A stretch of 64,000 nt of DNA, from assembly GCF_009914755.1 (NCBI RefSeq), contig NC_060948.1. The stretch is one strand, 5' to 3'. The notes under the pieces are model-generated. The model saw nothing but the letters and a program-made list of their open reading frames with translations. It was not told the origin of the DNA and ran no database searches. Both the position numbers and the translations under genes were made by a program. Shown here in pieces: positions 40,801 to 55,800 of this stretch. Positions within the stretch are counted from its first letter, which is position 1, and each line of letters opens with the position of its first letter. Source of the stretch: the human T2T-CHM13v2.0 reference genome, Homo sapiens.

Positions 40801-43800
40801 GAATGAAATGGAATGGAATAGAAAGGAATGGAATGAAATGGAATGGAAAGGATTCGAATGGAATGCAATCGAATGGAATGGAATCGAACGGAATGGAATA
40901 AAATGGAAGAAAACAGGCAAGAAATGGAATCGAAAGGAATGGAGTGTTATGGAACGGACTCAAAAGGAATTGAATGTAATAGAATGGAGTGGAGTGGACT
41001 CGAATATAATGGACTGGAATGGAATGAAATCACATGGAATGGGAACGAATGGAATGGAATGGAAAGGAATGGAATCGAATGGAAAGGAATCGAATGGAAG
41101 GGAATGAAATTGAATCAACAGGAATGGAAGGGAATAGAATAGACGGTAATGGAATGGACTCGAATAGAATGGACACGAATGCTCAAATTGAATGGACTCG
41201 AATGGAATGGAAACGAAAGGAATGTCATCGAATGGAATTGAATCGATTGGAATGAAATCGCATAGAATGGAGTGGAATCAAATGGAATTGAATCGAAAGG
41301 AAAGGAAGCGAATGGACTGAAATGAAATGGAATGGAATTGAATGGAATGTAATGCAATGGAATAGAAGGGAATGAAATTTCAGGGAATGGAATCAAACTG
41401 AATGGAATCAAATCAATGGAATCAAATCAAATGGAATGGAAAGGAATTGAATGGAGTAGATTGGATTGGATGGGATTGGAATGAAATGTACTGGAAAGGA
41501 CTCGAATTTCATGAAACGGAATGGAATGAATTGGAACGGAATGGACTCGAATGGAATGGAATGTCATGGAATGGCATCAAATGGAATGGCATCAAATGGA
41601 ATGGAATCGAATGCAATGGAATGCTATGGAATGGAATGGAATGCATTGGAATGGAATGTCCTCTAATGGAATGGATTCGAGTGGAATGGAATCGAATATA
41701 ATGGAGTCGAATGAAATGGAATTGAAAGGAATGGGATCGAATACAATGGAATATACTGGAATGTAATGTAATGAACTCGAATGTAATTGACTGGAATGGA
41801 ATGTACATGAATGGAATGTAATCGAAAGGAAAGTAATCCAATGGAATAGAATCTAATGCAATAAAATCGACTCAGATAGAGTAGAATGTAATGGAATGGA
41901 GTGCAGTGCAATGCAATGGAATGGAATGGAATGCAATGGAATGGAATGGAATGGAATGGAATGGAATGGAATGGAATGGAATGGGATGGAATGGTATGGA
42001 ATGGATAGTAATGGACTGGAGTGAAATGGACTGGAAAGGAATGGACTCAAATTGAAAGGGCTCGAAAGGAATGGAGTCAAATGGAATGGTCTGGAATGGA
42101 ATGAACACGAATGTAATGCAATCCAATAGAATGGAATCGAATGGCATGGAATATAAAGAAATGGAATCGAAGAGAATGGAAACAAATGGAATGGAAGTGA
42201 GTGGAATGGAATTGAATGGAATGGGAACGAATGGAGTGAAATTGTATGCAGTAGAAGAGAATAGAATGGAATGCAAGCGAAAGGAAAGGAATGGATTGGA
42301 ATGGAATGCAATTCATTGGAATGGAAGGGAATGTAGTGTAATGGACAGGCCTGGAATAAAGTGGAATGCTACGGTCTCGAATGGAATAAAAATGTATGGA
42401 ATGGAATGCAATGAAACGGAATCGAATGTCATAGAATGTAATGAAATGCAAAAAAATGGAATCCAAAATCATTGATTGGAAAGGCTGGGTGTCGAAAGGA
42501 ATTGACTCCAATGGAATGGAATCGAATGGAATGGAAGTGAATAGAATCGAACTAAATCGAATGGAATGGAATTGATAGGAACGGAATGGAAAGGAATGCA
42601 ATGATTTGGCACGGAATGGAATCGAATGGCATCGAATGGAATGGAATGGAATGCAATGGAATGGAACGTATTAGAATGTAATGAACTTTAATGGAATGTA
42701 CTCGAATGGATTCGACTGGAATGGAATGTTCTGGAAGTGAATGGACTCCAATGGAATGGATTCAAAAGGAATGGAATCGTACGGAATGGAATCTAATGGA
42801 ATGGAATTAAATGGAAATGAATCAAATTGAATAGCATGGAATTGAATTGAATGGAATCGAATGCAATGGAATCTAATGAAACGGAAAGGAAAGGAATGGA
42901 ATGGAATGGAATGGGCTGGAATGGAAAGGAATCGAAACGAATGGAATGGAATCGAACTGAAGAGACTGGAATGGAATGCACTGGAATGGAAGGGAGTGTA
43001 ATGGAAGGTTCTCGAAAAAAATGGAATCGAATGGAATGGAATTGAATGGAACGGAATAGAGTCGAATGGAATTGAATGGAATGGAATGGACTAGAGTGAA
43101 ATGGAATCGAACCACAAGGAATGGACAGGAATAGAATGGTCTCGAATTGAATGGAATCGTATGGAATGGCATCAAACGGAATGGAACGGACAGCCACGGA
43201 ATGGAATGCACTCGAATGCAATGGAGTCGAAACTAATGGACTGGAATAGAATGGACTCGACTGGTACGGACTCCAATGGAATGGAATCGAATGGAAGGGA
43301 ATCGAACGGAATGGACTCGAAGGGAAAAGACTGCAATGGAAAGGTCTCGAATGGAATGGAAATAAATGGAATGGAATGGAATCGAATGAAATGGAGTCAA
43401 AAGGAATGGAATCGAATGGCAAGAAATCGAATGTAATGGAATCGCAAGGAATTGATGTGAACGGAACGGAATGGAATGGAATCCAAAGGAATGGAATAGA
43501 ATGGAATGGAATCGAATGGAAAGGACACGAATGGAAATCACTCGAATAGAATGCAATTTAATAAAATAGGACCAAATGTAATGGAATGGAATGGAAAGGA
43601 ATCGAAACGAAAGGAATGGAGACAGATGGAATGGAATGGAACAGAGAGCAATGGTATAGAATGGAATGGAATCATCTGGAATGGAATTGAATGGAATGGA
43701 ATAATATGAAATGGAATGGAATGGAATGGAATGGAATGCCCTTGAATTAAATGGACTGGAATGGAATGGACTCGAACAGAGTGGAATGGAAAGTGTTGAG

Positions 43801-46800
43801 ATAGAATGGAATGGACTCGTTTGGAATGGTCTAGTAGGCAATGCAATCGACTGGCAGGGAATCAAAAGGAATGTAATCGAATGGATTGGACTGGAATGCA
43901 ATGGACTCGAATAGATTGCAAACGGAATGCAAAGGAATGGAATGGAATAGTATGGAATGGAATGGAAAGGAATGGAGTGGAATAGACTAGAGTGGAATGG
44001 AATGGACTGGAAAGAAATGGACTGGAATGGAACTTTCTTGAATGGACAGGAATCAAACGGAATGGAATGCAATGCAATCAAATGGCATGGAATAAAATAG
44101 AATGAAAGAGAATCAAATGGAATTGAATCGAATGGAATCGAATGGATTGGAAAGGAATAGAATGGAATGGAATGGAATTGACTCAAATGGAATGGACTAG
44201 AATGGAATGGATTCGAATGGAAGGCAAACGAATGGAATCTATTGGAATGGACTGTAATGGAATGGAATGGAAGGGATTGGAATGGACTCGAATGGAATGG
44301 ACTGCAATAGAAAGGATTCGAATGGAATGAAAAAGAATTGAATGGAATAGAACAGAATGGAATCAAATCGAATGAAATGGAATGGAATAGAAAGGAATGG
44401 AATGAAATGGAATGGAAAGGATTCGAATGGAATGCAATCGAATGGAATGGAATCGAACGGAATGGAATAAAATGGAAGAAAACTGGCAAGAAATGGAATC
44501 GAAATGAATGGAGTGTTATGGAACGGACTCAAAAGGAATTGAATGTAATAGAATGGAGTGGAGTGGACTCGAATATAATGGACTGGAATGGAATGAAATC
44601 ACATGGAATGGGAACGAATGGAATGGAATGGAAAGGAATGGAATCGAATGGAAAGGAATCGAATGGAAGGGAATGAAATTGAATCAACAGGAATGGAAGG
44701 GAATAGAATAGACGGTAATGGAATGGACTCGAATTGAATGGACACGAATGCTCAAATTGAATGGACTCGAATGGAATGGAAACGAAAGGAATGTCATCGA
44801 ATGGAATTGAATCGATTGGAATGAAATCGCATAGAATGGAGTGGAATCAAATGGAATTGAATCGAAAGGAAAGGAAGCGAATGGACTGAAATGAAATGGA
44901 ATGGAATTGAATGGAAAGTAATGCAATGGAATAGAATGGAACGAAATTTCACGGAATGGAATCAAACTGAATGGAATCAAATCAATGGAATCTAATCAAA
45001 TGGAATGGAAAGGAATTGAATGGAGTAGATTGGATTGGATGGGATTGGAATGAAATGTACTGGAAAGGACTCGAATTTCATGAAACGGAATGGAATGAAT
45101 TGGAACGGAATGGACTCGAATGGAATGGAATGTCATGGAATGGCATCAAATGGAATGGCATCAAATGGAATGGAATCGAATGCAATGGAATGCTATGGAA
45201 TGGAATGGAATGCATTGGAATGGAATGTCCTCTAATGGAATGGATTCGAGTGGAATGGCATCGAATATAATGGAGTCGAATGAAATGGAATTGAAAAGAA
45301 TGGGATCGAATACAATGGAATATACTGGAATGTAATGTAATGAACTCGAATGTAATTGACTGGAATGGAATGTACATGAATGGAATGTAATCGAATGGAA
45401 AGTAATCCAATGGAATAGAATCTAATGCAATAAAATCGACTCAAATAGAGTAGAATGTAATGGAATGGAGTGCAGTGCAATGGAATGGAATGGAATGGAA
45501 TGCAATGGAATGTAATGGAATGGAATGGAATGTAATTTAATGGAATGGGATGGAATGGTATGGAATGGATAGTAATGGACTGGAGTGAAATGCACTGGAA
45601 AGGAATGGACTCAAATTGAAAGGGCTCGAAAGGAATGGAGTCAAATGGAATGGTCTGGAATGGAATGAACACGAATGTAATGCAATCCAATAGAATGGAA
45701 TCGAATGGCATGGAATATAAAGAAATGGAATCGAAGAGAATGGAAACAAATGGAATGGAATTGAATGGAATGGAATTGAATGGAATGGGAACGAATGGAG
45801 TGAAATTGTATGCAGTAGAAGGGAATAGAATGGAATGCAAGCGAAAGGAAAGGAATGGATTGGAATGGAATGGAATTCATTGGAATGGAAGGGAATGTAG
45901 TGTAATGGACAGGTCTGGAATAAAGTGGAATGCTACGGTCTCGAATGGAATAAAAATGTATGGAATGGAATGCAATGAAACGGAATCGAATGTCATAGAA
46001 TGTAATGGAATGCAAAAAAATGGAATCCAAAATCATTGACTGGAAAGGCTGGGTGTCGAAAGGAATTGACTCCAATGGAATGGAATCGAATGGAATGGAA
46101 GTGAATAGAATGGAACTAAATCGAATGGAATGGAATTGATAGGAACGGAATGGAAAGGAATGCAATGATTTGGCATGGAATGGAATCGAATGGCATCGAA
46201 TGGAATGGAATGGAATGCAATGGAATGGAATGTATTAGAATGTAATGAACTTTAATGGAATGTACTCGAATGGATTCGACTGGAATGGAATGTTCTGGAA
46301 GTTAATGGACTCCAGTGGAATGGATTCAAAAGGAATGGAATCGTACGGAATGGAATCTAATGGAATGGAATTAAATGGAAATGAATCAAATTGAATAGCA
46401 CGGAATTGAATTGAATGGAATGGAATGCAATGGAATCTAATGAAACGGAAAGGAAAGGAATGGAATGGAATGGAATGGGCTGGAATGGAAAGGAATCGAA
46501 ACGAATGGAATGGAATCGAACTGAAGAGACTGGAATGGAATGCACTGGAATGGAAGGGAGTGTAATGGAAGGTTCTCGAAAAAAATGGAATCGAATGGAA
46601 TGGAATTGAATGGAACGGAATAGAGTCGAATGGAATTGAATGGAATGGAATGGACTAGAGTGAAATGGAATCGAACCACAAGGGATGGACAGGAATACAA
46701 TGGTCTCGAATTGAATGGAATCGTATGGAATGGCATCAAACGGAATGGAATGGACAGCCACGGAATGGAATGCACTCGAATGCAATGGAGTCGAAACTAA

Positions 46801-49800
46801 TGGACTGGAATAGAATGGACTCGACTGGTACGGACTCCAATGGAATGGAATCGAATGGAAGGGAATCGAACGGAATGGACTCGAAGGGAAAAGACTGCAA
46901 TGGAAAGGTCTCGAATGGAATGGAAATTAATGGAATGGAATGGAATCGAATGAAATGGAGTCAAAAGGAATGGAATCGAATGGCAAGAAATCGAATGTAA
47001 TGGAATCGCAAGGAATTGATGTGAACGGAACGGAATGGAATGGAATCCAAAGGAATGGAATAGAATGGAATGGAATCGAATGCAAAGGACTCGAATGGAA
47101 ATCACTGGAATAGAATGCAATTTAATAAAATAGGATCAAATGTAATGGAATGGAATGGAAAGGAATCGAAACGAAAGGAATGGAGACAGATGGAATGGAA
47201 TGGAACAGAGAGCAATGGTATAGAATGGAATGGAATCATCTGGAATGGAATTGAATGGAATGGAATAATATGAAATGGAATGGAATGGAATGGAATGGAA
47301 TGCCCTTGAATTAAATGGACTGGACTCGAACAGAGTGGAATGGAAAGTGTTGAGATAGAATGGAATGGACTCCTTTGGAATGGTGTAGTATGCAATGCAA
47401 TCGACTGGCATGGAATCAAAAGGAATGTAATGGAATGGATTGGACTGGAATGCAATGGACTCGAATAGATTGGAAACGGAATGCAAAGGAATGGAATGGA
47501 ATAGTATGGAATGGAATGGAAAGGAATGGAGTGGAATAGACTAGAGTGGAATGGAATGGACTGGAAAGCAATGGACTGGAATGGAACTTTCTTGAATGGA
47601 CTGGAATCAAACGGAATGGAATGCAATGCAATCAAATGGCATGGAATAAAATAGAATGAAAGAGAATCAAATGGAATTGAATCGAATGGAATCGAATGGA
47701 TTGGAAAGGAATAGAATGGAATGGAATGGAATTGACTCAAATGGAATGGACTAGAATGGAATGGATTCGAATGGAAGGCAAAGGAATGGAATCTATTGGA
47801 ATGGACTGTAATGGAATGGAATGGAAGGGATTGGAATGGACTCGAATGGAATGGACTGCAATAGAAAGGATTCGAATGGAATGAAAAAGAATTGAATGGA
47901 ATAGAACAGAATGGAATCAAATCGAATGAAATGGAATGGAATAGAAAGGAATGGAATGAAATGGAATGGAAAGGATTCGAATGGAATGCAATCGAATGGA
48001 ATGGAATCGAACGGAATGGAATAAAATGGAAGAAAACTGGCAAGAAATGGAATCGAAATGAATGGAGTGTTATGGAACGGACTCAAAAGGAATTGAATGT
48101 AATAGAATGGAGTGGAGTGGACTCGAATATAATGGACTGGAATGGAATGAAATCACATGGAATGGGAACGAATGGAATGGAATGGAAAGGAATGGAATCG
48201 AATGGAAAGGAATCGAATGGAAGGGAATGAAATTGAATCAACAGGAATGGAAGGGAATAGAATAGACGGTAATGGAATGGACTCGAATAGAATGGACACG
48301 AATGCTCAAATTGAATGGACTCGAATGGAATGGAAACGAAAGGAATGTCATCGAATGGAATTGAATCGATTGGAATGAAATCGCACAGAATGGAGTGGAA
48401 TCAAATGGAATTGAATCGAAAGGAAAGGAAGCAAATGGACTGAAATGAAATGGAATGGAATTGAATGGAAAGTTATGTAATGGAATACAATGGTTCACGG
48501 AATGGAATCAAACTGAATGGAATCAAATCAGTGGAATCAAATCAAATGGAATGGAAAGGAATTGAATGGAGTAGATTGGATGGGATGGGATTGGAATGAA
48601 ATGTACTGGAAAGGACTCGAATTTCATGAAACGGAATGGAATGAATTAGAACGGAATGGACTCGAATGGAATGGAATGTCAGGGAATGGCATCAAATGGA
48701 ATGGCATCAAATGGAATGGAATCGAATGCAATGGAATGCTATGGAATGGAATGGAATGCATTGGAATGGAATGTCCTCTAATGGAATGGATTCGAGTGGA
48801 ATGGAATCGAATATAATGGAGTCGAATGAAATGGAATTGAAAGGAATAGGATCGAATACAATGGAATATACTGGAATGTAATTTAATGAACTCGAATGTA
48901 ATTGACTGGAATGGAATGTACATGAATGGAATGTAATCGAATGGAAAGTAATCCAATGGAATAGAATCTAATGCAATAAAATCGAATCAGATAGAGTAGA
49001 ATGTAATGGAATGGAGTGCAGTGCAATGGAATGGAATGGAATGGAATGCAATGGAATGGAATGGAATGGAATGGAATGGAATGGAATGGAATGGAATGGA
49101 ATGGTGTGGAATGGATAGTAATGGACTGGAGAGAAATGGACTGGAAAGGAATGGACTCAAATTGAAAGGGCTCGAAAGGAATGGAATCAAATGGAATGGT
49201 CTGGAATGGAATGAACACGAATGTAATGCAATCCAATAGAATGGAATCGAATGGCATGGAATATAAAGAAATGGAATCGAAGAGAATGGAAACAAATGGA
49301 ATGGAATTGAGTGGAATGGAATTGAATGGAATGGGAACGAATGGAGTGAAATTGTATGCAGTAGAAGAGAATAGAATGGAATGCAAGCGAAAGGAAAGGA
49401 ATGGATTGGAATGGAATGCAATTCATTGGAATGGAAGGGAATGTAGTGTAATGGACAGGCCTGGAATAAAGTGGAATGCTACGGTCTCGAATGGAATAAA
49501 AATGTATGGAATGGAATGCAATGAAACGGAATCGAATGTCATAGAATGTAATGGAATGCAACAAAATGGAATCCAAAATCATTGACTGGAAAGGCTGGGT
49601 GTCGAAAGGAATTGACTCCAATGGAATGGAATCGAATGGAATGGAAGTGAATAGAATCGAACTAAATCGAATGGAATGGAATTGATAGGAACGGAATGGA
49701 AAGGAATGCAATGATTTGGCACGGAATGGAATCGAATGGCATCGAATGGAATGGAATGGAATGCAATGGAATGGAACGTATTAGAATGTAATGAACTTTA

Positions 49801-52800
49801 ATGGAATGTACTCGAATGGATTCGACTGGAATGGAATGTTCTGGAAGTGAATGGACTCCAATGGAATGGATTCAAAAGGAATGGAATCGTACGGAATGGA
49901 ATCTAATGGAATGGAATTAAATGGAAATGAATCAAATTGAATAGCATGGAATTGAATTGAATGGAATCGAAAGCAATGGAATCTAATGAAACGGAAAGGA
50001 AAGGAATGGAATGGAATGGAATGGGCTGGAATGGAAAGGAATCGAAACGAATGGAATGGAATCGAACTGAAGAGACTGGAATGGAATGCACTGGAATGGA
50101 AGGGAGTGTAATGGAAGGTTCTCGAAAAAAATGGAATCGAATGGAATGGAATTGAATGGAACGGAATAGAGTCGAATGGAATTGAATGGAATGGAATGGA
50201 CTAGAGTGAAATGGAATCGAACCACAAGGAATGGAGAGGAATAGAATGGTCTCGAATTGAATGGAATCGTATGGAATGGCATCAAACGGAATGGAATGGA
50301 CAGCCACGGAATGGAATGCACTCGAATGCAATGGAGTCGAAACTAATGGACTGGAATAGAATGGACTCGACTGGTACGGACTCCAATGGAATGGAATCGA
50401 ATGGAAGGGAATCGAACGGAATGGACTCGAAGGGAAAAGACTGCAATGGAAAGGTCTCGAATGGAATGGAAATAAATGGAATGGAATGGAATCGAATGAA
50501 ATGGAGTCAAAAGGAATGGAATCGAATGGCAAGAAATCGAATGTAATGGAATCGCAAGGAATTGATGTGAACGGAACGGAATGGAATGGAATCCAAAGGA
50601 ATGGAATAGAATGGAATGGAATCGAATGGAAAGGACTCGAATGGAAATCACTCGAATAGAATGCAATTTAATAAAATAGGACCAAATGTAATGGAATGGA
50701 ATGGAAAGGAATCGAAACGAAAGGAATGGAGACAGATGGAATGGAATGGAACAGAGAGCAATGGTATAGAATGGAATGGAATCATCTGGAATGGAATTGA
50801 ATGGAATGGAATAATATGAAATGGAATGGAATGGAATGGAATGGAATGCCCTTGAATTAAATGGACTGGAATGGAATGGACTCGAAAGGAGTGGAATGGA
50901 AAGTGTTGAGATAGAATGGAATGGACTCGTTTGGAATGGTCTAGTAGGCAATGCAATCGACTGGCAGGGAATCAAAAGGAATGTAATCGAATGGATTGGA
51001 CTGGAATGCAATGGACTCGAATAGATTGCAAACGGAATGCAAAGGAATGGAATGGAATAGTATGGAATGGAATGGAAAGGAATGGAGTGGAATAGACTAG
51101 AGTGGAATGGAATGGACTGGAAAGAAATGGACTGGAATGGAACTTTCTTGAATGGACAGGAATCAAACGGAATGGAATGCAATGCAATCAAATGGCATGG
51201 AATAAAATAGAATGAAAGAGAATCAAATGGAATTGAATCGAATGGAATCGAATGGATTGGAAAGGAATAGAATGGAATGGAATGGAATTGACTCAAATGG
51301 AATGGACTAGAATGGAATGGATTCGAATGGAAGGCAAACGAATGGAATCTATTGGAATGGACTGTAATGGAATGGAATGGAAGGGATTGGAATGGACTCG
51401 AATGGAATGGACTGCAATAGAAAGGATTCGAATGGAATGAAAAAGAATTGAATGGAATAGAACAGAATGGAATCAAATCGAATGAAATGGAATGGAATAG
51501 AAAGGAATGGAATGAAATGGAATGGAAAGGATTCGAATGGAATGCAATCGAATGGAATGGAATCGAACGGAATGGAATAAAATGGAAGAAAACTGGCAAG
51601 AAATGGAATCGAAATGAATGGAGTGTTATGGAACGGACTCAAAAGGAATTGAATGTAATAGAATGGAGTGGAGTGGACTCGAATATAATGGACTGGAATG
51701 GAATGAAATCACATGGAATGGGAACGAATGGAATGGAATGGAAAGGAATGGAATCGAATGGAAAGGAATCGAATGGAAGGGAATGAAATTGAATCAACAG
51801 GAATGGAAGGGAATAGAATAGACGGTAATGGAATGGACTCGAATAGAATGGACACGAATGCTCAAATTGAATGGACTCGAATGGAATGGAAACGAAAGGA
51901 ATGTCATCGAATGGAATTGAATCGATTGGAATGAAATCGCACAGAATGGAGTGGAATCAAATGGAATTGAATCGAAAGGAAAGGAAGCAAATGGACTGAA
52001 ATGAAATGGAATGGAATTGAATGGAAAGTTATGTAATGGAATACAATGGAACGAAATTTCACGGAATGGAATCAAACTGAATGGAATCAAATCAGTGGAA
52101 TCAAATCAAATGGAATGGAAAGGAATTGAATGGAGTAGATTGGATGGGATGGGATTGGAATGAAATGTACTGGAAAGGACTCGAATTTCATGAAACGGAA
52201 TGGAATGAATTAGAACGGAATGGACTCGAATGGAATGGAATGTCAGGGAATGGCATCAAATGGAATGGCATCAAATGGAATGGAATCGAATGCAATGGAA
52301 TGCTATGGAATGGAATGGAATGCATTGGAATGGAATGTCCTCTAATGGAATGGATTCGAGTGGAATGGAATCGAATATAATGGAGTCGAATGAAATGGAA
52401 TTGAAAGGAATAGGATCGAATACAATGGAATATACTGGAATGTAATTTAATGAACTCGAATGTAATTGACTGGAATGGAATGTACATGAATGGAATGTAA
52501 TCGAATGGAAAGTAATCCAATGGAATAGAATCTAATGCAATAAAATCGAATCAGATAGAGTAGAATGTAATGGAATGGAGTGCAGTGCAATGGAATGGAA
52601 TGGAATGGAATGCAATGGAATGGAATGGAATGGAATGGAATGGAATGGAATGGAATGGAATGGAATGGTGTGGAATGGATAGTAATGGACTGGAGAGAAA
52701 TGGACTGGAAAGGAATGGACTCAAATTGAAAGGGCTCGAAAGGAATGGAATCAAATGGAATGGTCTGGAATGGAATGAACACGAATGTAATGCAATCCAA

Positions 52801-55800
52801 TAGAATGGAATCGAATGGCATGGAATATAAAGAAATGGAATCGAAGAGAATGGAAACAAATGGAATGGAATTGAGTGGAATGGAATTGAATGGAATGGGA
52901 ACGAATGGAGTGAAATTGTATGCAGTAGAAGAGAATAGAATGGAATGCAAGCGAAAGGAAAGGAATGGATTGGAATGGAATGCAATTCATTGGAATGGAA
53001 GGGAATGTAGTGTAATGGACAGGCCTGGAATAAAGTGGAATGCTACGGTCTCGAATGGAATAAAAATGTATGGAATGGAATGCAATGAAACGGAATCGAA
53101 TGTCATAGAATGTAATGGAATGCAACAAAATGGAATCCAAAATCATTGACTGGAAAGGCTGGGTGTCGAAAGGAATTGACTCCAATGGAATGGAATCGAA
53201 TGGAATGGAAGTGAATAGAATCGAACTAAATCGAATGGAATGGAATTGATAGGAACGGAATGGAAAGGAATGCAATGATTTGGCACGGAATGGAATCGAA
53301 TGGCATCGAATGGAATGGAATGGAATGCAATGGAATGGAACGTATTAGAATGTAATGAACTTTAATGGAATGTACTCGAATGGATTCGACTGGAATGGAA
53401 TGTTCTGGAAGTGAATGGACTCCAATGGAATGGATTCAAAAGGAATGGAATCGTACGGAATGGAATCTAATGGAATGGAATTAAATGGAAATGAATCAAA
53501 TTGAATAGCATGGAATTGAATTGAATGGAATCGAAAGCAATGGAATCTAATGAAACGGAAAGGAAAGGAATGGAATGGAATGGAATGGGCTGGAATGGAA
53601 AGGAATCGAAACGAATGGAATGGAATCGAACTGAAGAGACTGGAATGGAATGCACTGGAATGGAAGGGAGTGTAATGGAAGGTTCTCGAAAAAAATGGAA
53701 TCGAATGGAATGGAATTGAATGGAACGGAATAGAGTCGAATGGAATTGAATGGAATGGAATGGACTAGAGTGAAATGGAATCGAACCACAAGGAATGGAG
53801 AGGAATAGAATGGTCTCGAATTGAATGGAATCGTATGGAATGGCATCAAACGGAATGGAATGGACAGCCACGGAATGGAATGCACTCGAATGCAATGGAG
53901 TCGAAACTAATGGACTGGAATAGAATGGACTCGACTGGTACGGACTCCAATGGAATGGAATCGAATGGAAGGGAATCGAACGGAATGGACTCGAAGGGAA
54001 AAGACTGCAATGGAAAGGTCTCGAATGGAATGGAAATAAATGGAATGGAATGGAATCGAATGAAATGGAGTCAAAAGGAATGGAATCGAATGGCAAGAAA
54101 TCGAATGTAATGGAATCGCAAGGAATTGATGTGAACGGAACGGAATGGAATGGAATCCAAAGGAATGGAATAGAATGGAATGGAATCGAATGGAAAGGAC
54201 TCGAATGGAAATCACTCGAATAGAATGCAATTTAATAAAATAGGACCAAATGTAATGGAATGGAATGGAAAGGAATCGAAACGAAAGGAATGGAGACAGA
54301 TGGAATGGAATGGAACAGAGAGCAATGGTATAGAATGGAATGGAATCATCTGGAATGGAATTGAATGGAATGGAATAATATGAAATGGAATGGAATGGAA
54401 TGGAATGGAATGCCCTTGAATTAAATGGACTGGAATGGAATGGACTCGAAAGGAGTGGAATGGAAAGTGTTGAGATAGAATGGAATGGACTCGTTTGGAA
54501 TGGTCTAGTAGGCAATGCAATCGACTGGCAGGGAATCAAAAGGAATGTAATCGAATGGATTGGACTGGAATGCAATGGACTCGAATAGATTGCAAACGGA
54601 ATGCAAAGGAATGGAATGGAATAGTATGGAATGGAATGGAAAGGAATGGAGTGGAATAGACTAGAGTGGAATGGAATGGACTGGAAAGAAATGGACTGGA
54701 ATGGAACTTTCTTGAATGGACAGGAATCAAACGGAATGGAATGCAATGCAATCAAATGGCATGGAATAAAATAGAATGAAAGAGAATCAAATGGAATTGA
54801 ATCGAATGGAATCGAATGGATTGGAAAGGAATAGAATGGAATGGAATGGAATTGACTCAAATGGAATGGACTAGAATGGAATGGATTCGAATGGAAGGCA
54901 AACGAATGGAATCTATTGGAATGGACTGTAATGGAATGGAATGGAAGGGATTGGAATGGACTCGAATGGAATGGACTGCAATAGAAAGGATTCGAATGGA
55001 ATGAAAAAGAATTGAATGGAATAGAACAGAATGGAATCAAATCGAATGAAATGGAATGGAATAGAAAGGAATGGAATGAAATGGAATGGAAAGGATTCGA
55101 ATGGAATGCAATCGAATGGAATGGAATCGAACGGAATGGAATAAAATGGAAGAAAACTGGCAAGAAATGGAATCGAAATGAATGGAGTGTTATGGAACGG
55201 ACTCAAAAGGAATTGAATGTAATAGAATGGAGTGGAGTGGACTCGAATATAATGGACTGGAATGGAATGAAATCACATGGAATGGGAACGAATGGAATGG
55301 AATGGAAAGGAATGGAATCGAATGGAAAGGAATCGAATGGAAGGGAATGAAATTGAATCAACAGGAATGGACGGGAATAGAATAGACGGTAATGGAATGG
55401 ACTCGAATTGAATGGACACGAATGCTCAAATTGAATGGACTCGAATGGAATGGAAACGAAAGGAATGTCATCGAATGGAATTGAATCGATTGGAATGAAA
55501 TCGCATAGAATGGAGTGGAATCAAATGGAATTGAATCGAAAGGAAAGGAAGCGAATGGACTGAAATGAAATGGAATGGAATTGAATGGAAAGTAATGCAA
55601 TGGAATAGAATGGAACGAAATTTCACGGAATGGAATCAAACTGAATGGAATCAAATCAATGGAATCTAATCAAATGGAATGGAAAGGAATTGAATGGAGT
55701 AGATTGGATTGGATGGGATTGGAATGAAATGTACTGGAAAGGACTCGAATTTCATGAAACGGAATGGAATGAATTGGAACGGAATGGACTCGAATGGAAT

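Noticed and set aside
43233-44489. 418-aa minus-strand ORF, repeated at 50343 and 53907
   Set aside because: It arises from one SNV (aggatca to aggacca) that removes a TGA and fuses two low-complexity frames; its recurrence simply tracks the block X duplications.
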